Shown: one piece after another, positions 1 through 7,532 of the stretch | How positions within the stretch are numbered: position 1 is the first letter of the stretch | How the letters are laid out: each line of letters starts with the position of its first letter | Notes under the pieces: generated by a model | Databases searched by the model: none | What the model saw: the letters and a program-made list of their open reading frames with translations, nothing else | Told to the model about the DNA's origin: nothing | NCBI GenBank assembly: GCA_964514975.1 | Contig: CAZESS010000034.1 | Span: 1-10,417, forward strand | DNA length: 10,417 nt | Direction of reading: 5' to 3' | From: an uncultured Thermoplasmatales archaeon | GTDB taxonomy: Archaea; Thermoplasmatota; E2; UBA202; DSCA01 | Translations under genes and position numbers: made by a program

Positions 1-2
1 AT

Positions 3-1253
3 GATGTTCAGGATTATCCCGAGTTGAAGTTTTCTAACATTGGTTCGGTTCACGAGTCGGAAATGTCGGAGGCTTTGAGTAAGCTTACAAGAGCCGGTGT
101 GCTTCTGCCCGATGATAATATGGAGGATCACGTAAGAAAACTTTTCAAACTTCCGGAAGCGGAGAGAGAGGAAGATATACCAGAGAGAGAAGAAAAATCC
201 AAGAAAGAACCGAAAGAGGAGGTGGAAGCAAGTGAGAAGGTAGTTGCTTTTGAAAGTTGGCGTCCACTTACTTTTGCAGAACAGAAAATGAATTTTGCAG
301 ACATTAAGAATAAGATGGATGAAGAAGAGAAAAGGCTAAAGGGCAAATTGAAAGAAATATTAAAAAAGACCCAAAATTCTCTTTTAAGTCAGATTCAAAG
401 AGTTCTTGAAGAGCCGGATAGTGCAAAAAAGCGGGAACTGGTTAAAGAAATGTCGGTTAAATATCAAGGAGAATATAAAAAAGAGGTGTTTGATTCTACC
501 AAGAGAATGTTTGAGTATGGGAAGATGATGGCTGCTCACGAGATGAAAAAACAACCACCAGCAACCCCTGACGATAAAGAGCTTACTCTAAAAGACCAAG
601 TAGAGATTGAAACAGAGATGATGTCAGATGATTTAATGAAAGAAGCAAAAAGGGCGTTATTAAACTCTTTAAGGAAAATGGCTGACTCAAAAAAGGTTTG
701 GGACTTGGCTAAAATAAGTTTGGTACTCGGTAAGGCGATTGACAAGATAATAAACAACGTTCCTTCAGTTACAGTTGGACAATCCTTTAATCAGGGCAGG
801 AGGTTAACATTTGACACTTACAGCCGGGATATTTATGCCCTGCAAAGGAGTGAGATACTTGATGAAGTTACTTGTAATTACTGCCTGTCTATTGACGGAA
901 GGGTTTTCAGCAAAGATGATCCTTTTGCCGACGTGGATTTAATTCATACTAACTGCAGAGGAATTTTTGTGGAGATATTGATGGACGAAAAGAAGAAACC
1001 ACCTATCAAGGGAATGCCACAGGGCTTGCGTGATAGATTTGAGAGCATTAACGAGTTTGAACCGCCAAGAAATCCGGTAGTAACAGAAGATTCGTTGGCA
1101 GCCAAAAAAGCGAAAGAGGTTATGGGAAAAGAAAAAGAAGAAAGGTTGGCGAAGATTAAAAAATATAAGGAAGAGGATAATTATCCAAACCGGATTAAAC
1201 AGCATCAAAGAAGAATAAAAGAGATTGATCGTTTCTTGGACAAATTAACCTAA
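3..1253 (+). CDS. 5'-truncated phage portal protein C-terminus (DUF935/Mu gp29-like) fused to a head morphogenesis domain (Mu gpF/SPP1 gp7-like)
   Basis: The frame is open from position 3 (DVQDYPELKFSNIG...), so the TTG at 24 is probably not the start. YPELKF...LTRAGVLLPDDNMEDHVRKLFKLPE resembles the C-terminal end of Mu-type portals. A charged linker and helical region follow, then the gpF signature LDEVTCNYCLSIDGRVF (from 858)...HTNCR (945-959). It lies directly upstream of the protease and capsid genes. Confidence 0.75.
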   Translation, partial: DVQDYPELKFSNIGSVHESEMSEALSKLTRAGVLLPDDNMEDHVRKLFKLPEAEREEDIPEREEKSKKEPKEEVEASEKVVAFESWRPLTFAEQKMNFADIKNKMDEEEKRLKGKLKEILKKTQNSLLSQIQRVLEEPDSAKKRELVKEMSVKYQGEYKKEVFDSTKRMFEYGKMMAAHEMKKQPPATPDDKELTLKDQVEIETEMMSDDLMKEAKRALLNSLRKMADSKKVWDLAKISLVLGKAIDKIINNVPSVTVGQSFNQGRRLTFDTYSRDIYALQRSEILDEVTCNYCLSIDGRVFSKDDPFADVDLIHTNCRGIFVEILMDEKKKPPIKGMPQGLRDRFESINEFEPPRNPVVTEDSLAAKKAKEVMGKEKEERLAKIKKYKEEDNYPNRIKQHQRRIKEIDRFLDKLT

Positions 1254-1266
1254 ATGTGCTACAAAT
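1237..1266 (+). promoter_or_regulatory. Candidate sigma70-type promoter for the protease/capsid operon
   Basis: TGGACA (1237-1242), a 17-bp spacer ending in TGn, then TACAAA (1260-1265). The -10 box is imperfect. Confidence 0.3.
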
Positions 1267-1271
1267 AATTA

Positions 1272-2303
1272 ATGAACAAGAATATGAAAAAACTTAATAC
1301 ATTACCTTTTGTGCTTTCCGACCTGAAGGTTGAAGAAGACAATGGAGTAAGCAGGGTTCAGGTGTTACCCTATGGGACGTGGGATCATCCGCAGTACGGA
1401 GAGATAACGATTGACGAGGAGGCGTTAGAAGAGTTCCAGCGTAATTTTGAAGTTGGTGTCAGAAATGACATACCAATTACCGAGGGTCATTCCGTCGGAG
1501 GTGAGGAGAAACCCGCCGTCGGTTGGTTCAAGGATTTAATTAATAAAGGTCGGCAGGGTTTGTGGGCTGTTGTGGAATGGACGGAGAGGGGCAAGGAATT
1601 ACTTAAGCAGAATGCTTATAAATATTTCAGCCCGGAGTTTTATTCCATATACGAAGACCCAGAAACCCGAGATGAATTTAGCAATGTATTAGTAGGAGGT
1701 GCATTAACCAATCGTCCTTATTTCAAAGGACTTAAACCGGTAGCATTCTCCGAACTAACATTTAATGAGAATATGGAAGAAGAAAAAGAGACAATTGAAG
1801 AAGAAGAGACCGAAAAGGAAGAAATTGAAGAGACTAAAGAGGAAGCCGAAGAGGAAGAACCCGAAGAAGAAAAGGTGGAAGGGAGTGAAGGAAAAATTCT
1901 TGTAAACAAAAAGACCCTCCGCATTTTAGAAAGAAATGCTGAAGAAGGTGCTAAGGCTTATAAAGAGAATCAAGAAATGAAAGCAAACAGATTTGTTAAC
2001 AAGTACAAATTCAGTGAAGACAACTCTGAGGGTGTTTTCTTGCCCAAGTCGCACTCCAAGGTAGAAAAATTTTATCTTTCCTTGCGTGAAGGACAGAAGA
2101 AGGCATTTGAAGAGATAGTAAAAGAGTTGCCTAAAAGCAACTTGTTCTCCGAAAAGGGAACTGGGAAGAAAGACGAAAGTGATCCTAACGATAAGGTCAA
2201 CGACCTTGTCCGGAAAAAGATGAGTGAGGGAGACCTCGGTTATCGGGACGCTTTAGACCTTGTTCTTTCCGAAAATCCTGACTTAGTCAAAAAGATTAAG
2301 TAA
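1272..2303 (+). CDS. Mu gpI-like prohead protease with C-terminal scaffold region
   Basis: Motifs H..GGEEKPAVGWFKDL, GLWAVVEWTERGKELLKQNAYKYFSPEF and LVGGALTNRPYFKGLKP are typical of the Mu-like protease I family. A Glu-rich tract and a helical scaffold-like C-terminus follow. An alternative start ATG is at 1284. Confidence 0.9.
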   Translation: MNKNMKKLNTLPFVLSDLKVEEDNGVSRVQVLPYGTWDHPQYGEITIDEEALEEFQRNFEVGVRNDIPITEGHSVGGEEKPAVGWFKDLINKGRQGLWAVVEWTERGKELLKQNAYKYFSPEFYSIYEDPETRDEFSNVLVGGALTNRPYFKGLKPVAFSELTFNENMEEEKETIEEEETEKEEIEETKEEAEEEEPEEEKVEGSEGKILVNKKTLRILERNAEEGAKAYKENQEMKANRFVNKYKFSEDNSEGVFLPKSHSKVEKFYLSLREGQKKAFEEIVKELPKSNLFSEKGTGKKDESDPNDKVNDLVRKKMSEGDLGYRDALDLVLSENPDLVKKIK

Positions 2304-2383
2304 ACCGGAGGCAAAATTATAAATTGTAGGAAGGAGGCAAAACGGGTTGATTTTGTTACATAACGCAAAGTGCATTATCTAAA

Positions 2384-2761
2384 ATGGCTACACAGAATTT
2401 AGGTGTAACCCAAACCTACAAAGCTGGCGAAGACATGAGTGACAAGCAGTTTTACTTAGTTTATCTGAGTGCTGCTGACACTGTAAGTCTTTGCACAGAA
2501 AATGGAAAAGCAATCGGGATTCTTCAGAACGAACCCGAAAGCGGAGAAGAGGCGGTTGTTGCTGTTAGTGGGATTTCTAAATTCCACGCTGCAGAAACTG
2601 TTGCGATTGGTAAGTATGTTACTTCTACCTCTGCGGGGAAAGGTGAGGTTGTTGATGCAGCTGGTGAACACGCCGTTGGTATGTGTGTTGAGGCTGCTGA
2701 TGCAGATGAGATTGGTGCTTTGTCTATTAGTTTGTTCACTGCTTACGCAGATGATAGTTAA
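2384..2761 (+). CDS. Capsid cement/head decoration protein (DUF2190-like)
   Basis: 125-aa Ala/Gly/Val-rich beta protein (AIGILQNEPESGEEAVVAVSGISK...AIGKYVTSTSAGKG...AVGMCVEAA), in the canonical position between the protease/scaffold and capsid genes. Confidence 0.8.
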   Translation: MATQNLGVTQTYKAGEDMSDKQFYLVYLSAADTVSLCTENGKAIGILQNEPESGEEAVVAVSGISKFHAAETVAIGKYVTSTSAGKGEVVDAAGEHAVGMCVEAADADEIGALSISLFTAYADDS

Positions 2762-2763
2762 AC

Positions 2764-3684
2764 ATGAAACCAACACTAAACGACATAAGATATAGCCCAA
2801 TACTTTCTAACCTTGCTGTTGCCTACGAAAATGATAAGTATGTTGCCGAGCAGGTTTTACCTGTAATTCAGTCCTCAACGAGGACGGGCAAGTACTTTAA
2901 GTTTGACAAAGGCAAGTTCAGAAGAGAAAACACTTTGAGGGGAATGGGTTCTAAAACTTCAGAAGTAGGACATCTTGTTAGTCAACCTTCTACTTACACG
3001 ATTTTAGAACACGCTCTCAAAGAACCAGTACCTGACGAAATGGTGGAGCAAGCTCCAGAACCTCTGAGACCGATGGAAGATGCAACGGAAAATGTTACGG
3101 AGAAGTTGTTAGTGGAAAAAGAGTATGATTTGGCTGATTATATGATCAATACCCTTTCCGCTGACGTTACACTTTCCGGAACAGATCAATGGAGTGATTT
3201 TGCTAATTCCGACCCTATTGGAGATGTTAAGGACGGAAAGCAAGACATTCACTCAAGCATCTTTAAGGATCCGAATGTGCTATTACTCGGAAAGCAAACG
3301 TATGATGAGTTGGTTGACCATCCTGACGTTATTGATAGGATTAAGTACAGCCAATTCGGAGTTACTACTACCGAGTTGTTAGCAAGATTGTTTGACGTTG
3401 AAAGAGTTATCATAGGTGGAGCTGGTTACAATAGTGCTGCTGAAGGAGCAAGTGACTCAATGAGTTATATTTGGGGAAAGAATGCTTGGCTGTTATATGT
3501 TGAGCCGAATCCTTCTCCAAGAGCGTTGTCCTTTGGTTGGCATTTCCAATTGAAGACACCTCGCAGGGTAGACCGTTGGTATGACACGGATAGGAAATCA
3601 ACTTATGTCCGAGTCACCGATAGTTACACCCGAGAGTTTGTCAGCACCGACTGTGCTTACTTCATCGCTGATGCAGTCGCATAA
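2764..3684 (+). CDS. Major capsid protein (HK97 fold)
   Basis: 306 aa. The pattern PILSNLAVAYEN..YVAEQVLPV, LSGTDQWSDFANSDPIGDV, PNVLLLG...LVDHPDVIDRIKY, YIWGK and the terminal AYFIADAVA matches a common phage capsid family. Synteny also supports the call. Confidence 0.88.
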   Translation: MKPTLNDIRYSPILSNLAVAYENDKYVAEQVLPVIQSSTRTGKYFKFDKGKFRRENTLRGMGSKTSEVGHLVSQPSTYTILEHALKEPVPDEMVEQAPEPLRPMEDATENVTEKLLVEKEYDLADYMINTLSADVTLSGTDQWSDFANSDPIGDVKDGKQDIHSSIFKDPNVLLLGKQTYDELVDHPDVIDRIKYSQFGVTTTELLARLFDVERVIIGGAGYNSAAEGASDSMSYIWGKNAWLLYVEPNPSPRALSFGWHFQLKTPRRVDRWYDTDRKSTYVRVTDSYTREFVSTDCAYFIADAVA

Positions 3685-3701
3685 GGTAATGCTGGTTGAA
3701 C

Positions 3702-4106
3702 ATGGGAGTTGAAAAATTAAGGAGAAATCCGCACGTTGAAACGCCTATTAAGAATCACATTACCTTCGGGTCTGATACTGGCTTTACGCCTTATTGGATC
3801 TTTATGGACTGCACGAATACTGCTGCGTCAACCTTCGGCTATACTTTAGGAGAAGCCGTAAGAGTAATTGACGCCTATGCTATTGCTGCCGGCGGTAACG
3901 GAAGTGCTACGGCACAGGTTACCGACGATGACGATAACGCTATCACGGATGCAATGGATATTGCTTCTGAAAAAGCGGTCGGTAGAGCAGGCACGATTGA
4001 TGACGCAAACTGGGAAGAGTCAGCAGGGAATACGCTGAAGATTGTCCAGAATGCTAATGCAGACAACTGCTACGCCTTTATCAAGGTTGTTCCAACTAAA
4101 GACTAA
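3702..4106 (+). CDS. Hypothetical protein, probable virion/head accessory protein
   Basis: ATG at 3702 preferred over TTG at 3696. Acidic, Ala/Thr/Gly/Asp-rich beta-type composition, immediately after the capsid gene. Confidence 0.6.
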   Translation: MGVEKLRRNPHVETPIKNHITFGSDTGFTPYWIFMDCTNTAASTFGYTLGEAVRVIDAYAIAAGGNGSATAQVTDDDDNAITDAMDIASEKAVGRAGTIDDANWEESAGNTLKIVQNANADNCYAFIKVVPTKD

Positions 4107-4108
4107 AT

Positions 4109-4393
4109 ATGAACTACTTAGTAAAATCACATCTTAAACACAATGGGAAGGAGTATTTTGAGGGAGATGATATATCTCTCGCAGATAAATATGTTGAACC
4201 TCTCATTGAGAGGGGTGTGATAGAACCAGTAGAGGAAGATGAGTCCGAATCTGAAAAGGTAGAATCTGAAGCCGAGGGGGTGGAGGATTATTCAGAAATG
4301 AGTTGGAGAGAATTGCAGAGTCTGGCGTCAGAGCGAAGCGTTCTCAAAGCAGGCATGACGAAAGAGGATGTGATTGAGGCTTTAAGAGAGTAA
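4109..4393 (+). CDS. Small phage protein with an N-terminal beta domain and a C-terminal HeH/Rho-N/SAP-like helical domain
   Basis: YLVKSHLKHNGKEYFEGDDISL...LIERGVIE is a typical post-capsid small domain. An acidic linker follows, then YSEMSWRELQSLASERSVLKAGMTKEDVIEAL, which fits the HeH/Rho-N pattern. Confidence 0.7.
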   Translation: MNYLVKSHLKHNGKEYFEGDDISLADKYVEPLIERGVIEPVEEDESESEKVESEAEGVEDYSEMSWRELQSLASERSVLKAGMTKEDVIEALRE

Positions 4394-4406
4394 TTGGCTT
4401 AAAAAT

Positions 4407-4450
4407 TGCCCTTCCGGGATTCTTGTGTCCCACGGGAAGGGGGAGGGCAG
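4407..4450 (+). terminator. GC-rich stem-loop after the capsid operon (terminator or processing signal)
   Basis: TGCCCTTCC (4407-4415) can pair with GGGAGGGCA (4441-4449), or its CCCTTCC can pair with GGAAGGG (4435-4441). There is an inner GGGA/TCCC stem. No clean U-tract on +, but an A5 tract lies on the left side. Confidence 0.5.
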
Positions 4451-4517
4451 TATTAAGTTCATTACTAAAGGTCTATTAATAATAAATTTCACAAAATTGG
4501 ATTTTATTACAAATAAT

Positions 4518-6206
4518 ATGAGTGAAAAGGAAGGGTTAAAACTCTTGTGGAGTAGCGTTTCTCCAACTTTGGAAACGGGCTATGGGAGAGTTACGAAATA
4601 TGTTTGTGATTTATTGAGAAACAAGCACGGGATGGATGTTAAAGTTCACGGTTACCAAACACAAGGGAGGCCTCATACGGTTGACCAGAAATATGAAATG
4701 CTATCTCACGGGGGCGAGCCGAAAAGATACGGGGCAGATAAGATCAGGCAATATCTTAAAAAATACGATAGAGATGTTTTTATAACGCTTTATGATGTCT
4801 GGGCTTTTCCCGACGATATGGCGTTTTTGGGGAAGCCGTGGATTGCTTATGTTCCTTATGATGCCGAACCGCCAAGCAGAATAATTATAACTAAGTTGAA
4901 AAGGGCTTTTAAGGTGATTACTTATTCTGATTTTGCGAAGAAGCAATTGGAGGAGGTGGGAATAGAGTCAACAATGATTCCACACGGGGTTGACACGGAA
5001 ACATACCGACCGTTGGAGGACAAGAAAAAGTTAAGAGAGAATGTGGGAGTGCCGGAGGATTCATTTCTTATCGGAACGGTTGGGATGAACCTTTACGACA
5101 GGAAGGATTTCCCGAGGATGATGAGGATTTTCAGCAAGTTTTTGGAAGAAACTGGGGCGGATGCTTACCTTTATATCCACGCAGACCCCGATGGAGAGCC
5201 AGGCAAGAAATATAGCTTAAGACAGTTGGCTCACCTTTACGGGGTGAGGGAAAGGGTTGCTTTTAAGACAAGTCACCTTTCAGACGAAGGGATGACAAAA
5301 ATGTATAACACCTTTGATGTTTATTGGGCGACCTCAAGAGCGGAAGGTTGTGGAATGCCGATTTTGGAAGCCCAAGCATGTGGAACGCCAGCGATTGTGC
5401 CGGATAATTCTGCTCAACCAGAATGGGTTGAGGGACACGGATGGGTTGTGCCTTGTTGTGATCACATAGTTGTTTTAACGACACCGCAACATAATAAGTG
5501 GCCGTTGGTTGATGTAGATAAATCGGTAGAGGCGTTAAAGGAGGCGTATGAGGATGATGAGAAAAGGCAGAGATTGGGTAGAGAGGCACGGAAAGCGATG
5601 CTTGAGTATGATTGGGCAAAGATAGTGGAAGAGAAGTGGCTACCGTTCTTTAAGCAGGTTAAAAAGGACTTGGAGAATCCCTACGGAGAAGATTATTTTG
5701 AAAACAGAGAACACGCTAACAAGGGATTGAATTATATCCACATCAGTAAAAGTTTGAAGGGCAACAAAGTGTTAGAGGTAGGATGTGGAGACGGAGAGTT
5801 GCTTGAGAAATTGAAAAAACAGGGGTATGAGGTTTATGGGTGCGATATATCCGAAGAAGCAGTAAAGAGAACTAAAAAACGAGGGATTGAAAATGTCAAG
5901 CAGATAGATGTGGATAAAGGACTACCCTACGAAGATGAAGAATTTGATACCGTTTATTCAATGCATCTTTTGGAGCATTTAGAAAACGACAGGGCGTTAA
6001 TTCAGGAAACAGTCCGGGTGGCGAAAGAAAGAATAATTCACTTGATACCGCTTGGATTCAGGGATGATTGGACGCACAAGAGGGTTTATGGCTTCAGTAG
6101 GGTGATGGCGAAATTAGGCCCGACTTGGTTCAAAGGATTTAGGGATGGTGATTTATGTTTAATTTATGAAAAAGAAAAAAAGGGCAATACTGGTTCTGGG
6201 GCCTGA
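4518..6206 (+). CDS. GT4 (GT-B) glycosyltransferase fused to a class I SAM-dependent methyltransferase
   Basis: The likely start is ATG 4518, because the track's GTG at 4425 lies inside the hairpin. N-terminal SVSPTLETGYGRVT, IPHGVDTETYRP, DRKDFP and SRAEGCGMPILEAQACGTP (from 5334) are GT4 signatures. VLEVGCGDG (5769-5795), GCDISE and LPYEDEEFDTVYSMHLLEHL are class I methyltransferase motifs. Confidence 0.92.
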   Translation: MSEKEGLKLLWSSVSPTLETGYGRVTKYVCDLLRNKHGMDVKVHGYQTQGRPHTVDQKYEMLSHGGEPKRYGADKIRQYLKKYDRDVFITLYDVWAFPDDMAFLGKPWIAYVPYDAEPPSRIIITKLKRAFKVITYSDFAKKQLEEVGIESTMIPHGVDTETYRPLEDKKKLRENVGVPEDSFLIGTVGMNLYDRKDFPRMMRIFSKFLEETGADAYLYIHADPDGEPGKKYSLRQLAHLYGVRERVAFKTSHLSDEGMTKMYNTFDVYWATSRAEGCGMPILEAQACGTPAIVPDNSAQPEWVEGHGWVVPCCDHIVVLTTPQHNKWPLVDVDKSVEALKEAYEDDEKRQRLGREARKAMLEYDWAKIVEEKWLPFFKQVKKDLENPYGEDYFENREHANKGLNYIHISKSLKGNKVLEVGCGDGELLEKLKKQGYEVYGCDISEEAVKRTKKRGIENVKQIDVDKGLPYEDEEFDTVYSMHLLEHLENDRALIQETVRVAKERIIHLIPLGFRDDWTHKRVYGFSRVMAKLGPTWFKGFRDGDLCLIYEKEKKGNTGSGA

Positions 6207-6717
6207 AAGCTCGGGAACAAGATTTTGGACACAGATCCTTATTAAAGCAGGATGCTTTGGAGATGATGGGCATCGTCAAAAGTGGGATGTTACGCCCCCG
6301 GATAATGAGAGATTGATTGTATGGAGAAGGAGCGTTCCTCACGCGGGTGAATTGCCCAGATTGGAGGAAATGGTGAGTTCGTTAAGAGAAGAAAATTACG
6401 AGGTTGTGGCTTATGTTACGAATCGGGATTGGTTTTGTATGATGAATTCGCAAGAGGGGAAGCATGTCGATGAATTGAGTGGAGCATTCGGAAATTTACA
6501 GATTGCTTATCCTTTTATCTTTAAGAACCTTGAAAAATTGGAAATACCGTTTGCGGTTATAAGTTATGAAGCGATTTTAAGAAGAAAGAGTGAATATGTG
6601 AATAAAATGCTTGAAATGTTTGATTTACAACCGAGAGTGGGAAATAGTGAGCTTAGAAGTTTGGTAGATGTAGATGATCTCATAAGAGATGCTAATGCAA
6701 AGTATTACGAAAACTGA
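6166..6717 (+). CDS. Sulfotransferase-fold P-loop protein
   Basis: N-terminal ILVLGPESSGTR resembles the PAPS 5'-phosphosulfate-binding loop. YVTNRDWFCMMNS resembles the 3'-PB R-D/N-x-S motif, and VISYEAIL is typical. It overlaps the upstream gene by 41 nt. Confidence 0.7.
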   Translation: MKKKKRAILVLGPESSGTRFWTQILIKAGCFGDDGHRQKWDVTPPDNERLIVWRRSVPHAGELPRLEEMVSSLREENYEVVAYVTNRDWFCMMNSQEGKHVDELSGAFGNLQIAYPFIFKNLEKLEIPFAVISYEAILRRKSEYVNKMLEMFDLQPRVGNSELRSLVDVDDLIRDANAKYYEN

Positions 6718-6723
6718 TATAAT
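6695..6723 (+). promoter_or_regulatory. Candidate extended -10 promoter upstream of the intron-containing gene
   Basis: Perfect TGnTATAAT (TG 6715-6716, TATAAT 6718-6723), with a weak -35 ATGCAA (6695-6700) at 17-bp spacing, about 50 nt before GTG 6773. Confidence 0.45.
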
Positions 6724-6772
6724 AAAGAAAAGGTCGGTTTATTAACAAGGAATAATTAGGAAGGCGAATAAC

Positions 6773-7532
6773 GTGGCAGCTACATTTAACTGGATGCAAT
6801 ATAATGGCTCCAACACGGCTGAAACTACGCTTGGAACAGGAGGCAACTTGTTCAATTTCAAAACGACAGATACTCCCGGAACGGCAGGTTACGATACGAA
6901 CCCGATTACCGCAGGCAACAACTCATTTGAGGTTTACCTGAAAGGTGAGTGGACGGGGAGTTTCAACTCGGTTGATAATCTTCGGTTTTGGATGAGTACT
7001 GATTTCTCGCCGAATGATGGGCTTAGTGTTAATTGGTGTCCAAACGGGACTACCGGTTATGCCGAGCCAGTGACCGCAGGTTCAACAGTTGCAGATACAT
7101 CAGTGCCAGAATCAGACCCTGAAAGTGAGAACCTTTATATCGGAGGTGAAAGTGGGGGTTCAGCGACATCAGATGGAGATAAGTCTGACTATTGCGTCTT
7201 ACAACTTCAGACGACTACGGCGGCTGCAGCCGGTGATACAAGTTTAGCCGAGTTTACCTTAGAATTATTGAGGCTTATAGCAGTAATGCTATTTGAAAAA
7301 TTCCTTAAATTGCGGGAAACCCTTATTAGGCAATCGCTACTCGCTTACGCAGTAACAAGGCGATTGATAGAGACAATCCGCAGCGAAACCCAAAGACGGG
7401 GACGTTCAACGACTATAATAGGAAAGTCCTTAGTGGACTATGGGATAGTCTGAGCTCTGCGGAGACGCAGAGAGCCGAACAGAAATGATTCGGCCAAAAA
7501 GTAACAATTACTGGCAATACGACGAAAGCTAA
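6773..7532 (+). CDS. Intron-split putative virion structural protein, join(6773..7260,7514..7532), 168 aa
   Basis: Exon 1 encodes a Thr/Gly/Ser/Asn/Asp-rich beta protein (NPITAGNNSFEVYLK...NLRFW...SDYCVLQLQTTTAAAAGDTSLAEFT). The composition changes abruptly at 7261. Removing the intron joins TT|G CAA TAC GAC GAA AGC TAA, giving ...FTLQYDES*. Confidence 0.8.
7261..7513 (+). ncRNA. Group I self-splicing intron, 253 nt, no homing endonuclease ORF
   Basis: Conserved elements: P AAATTGCGGGAAA (7307-7319), Q AATCCGCAGC (7375-7384), R GTTCAACGACTA (7404-7415), S GGGATAGTC (7442-7450). P1: exon CCTT (7257-7260) pairs with GAGG (7270-7273), with a U-G pair at the splice site. P2 ATAGCA-GTAA-TGCTAT (7277-7292). 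P3 TTCCT/AGGAA (7301-7305/7420-7424). P4 TGCGGG/TCCGCA. P5 arm CAATCGC/GCGATTG. P8 AGTCC/GGACT. P9 CTCTGCG-GAGA-CGCAGAG (7455-7472). Terminal G at 7513. Confidence 0.93.

Noticed and set aside
1773-1890. GAA-rich repeat tract as a tandem repeat or CRISPR array
   Set aside because: It is low-complexity coding sequence for a Glu-rich linker, with no fixed repeat-spacer period.
2333-2375. c-di-GMP-I (GEMM) riboswitch suggested by GGCAAAAC...ACGCAAAG
   Set aside because: There is no GNRA-capped stem between the two motifs, and no room for the second hairpin before ATG 2384.
4425-4517. N-terminal extension of the glycosyltransferase from GTG 4425
   Set aside because: It starts inside a GC hairpin and crosses an AT-rich spacer. 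The GT-B first strand begins just after ATG 4518.
7261-7453. C-terminal ~63 aa of the 226-aa ORF as ordinary coding sequence
   Set aside because: It coincides with the group I intron core and breaks the amino-acid composition of the protein. The spliced ending is more plausible.
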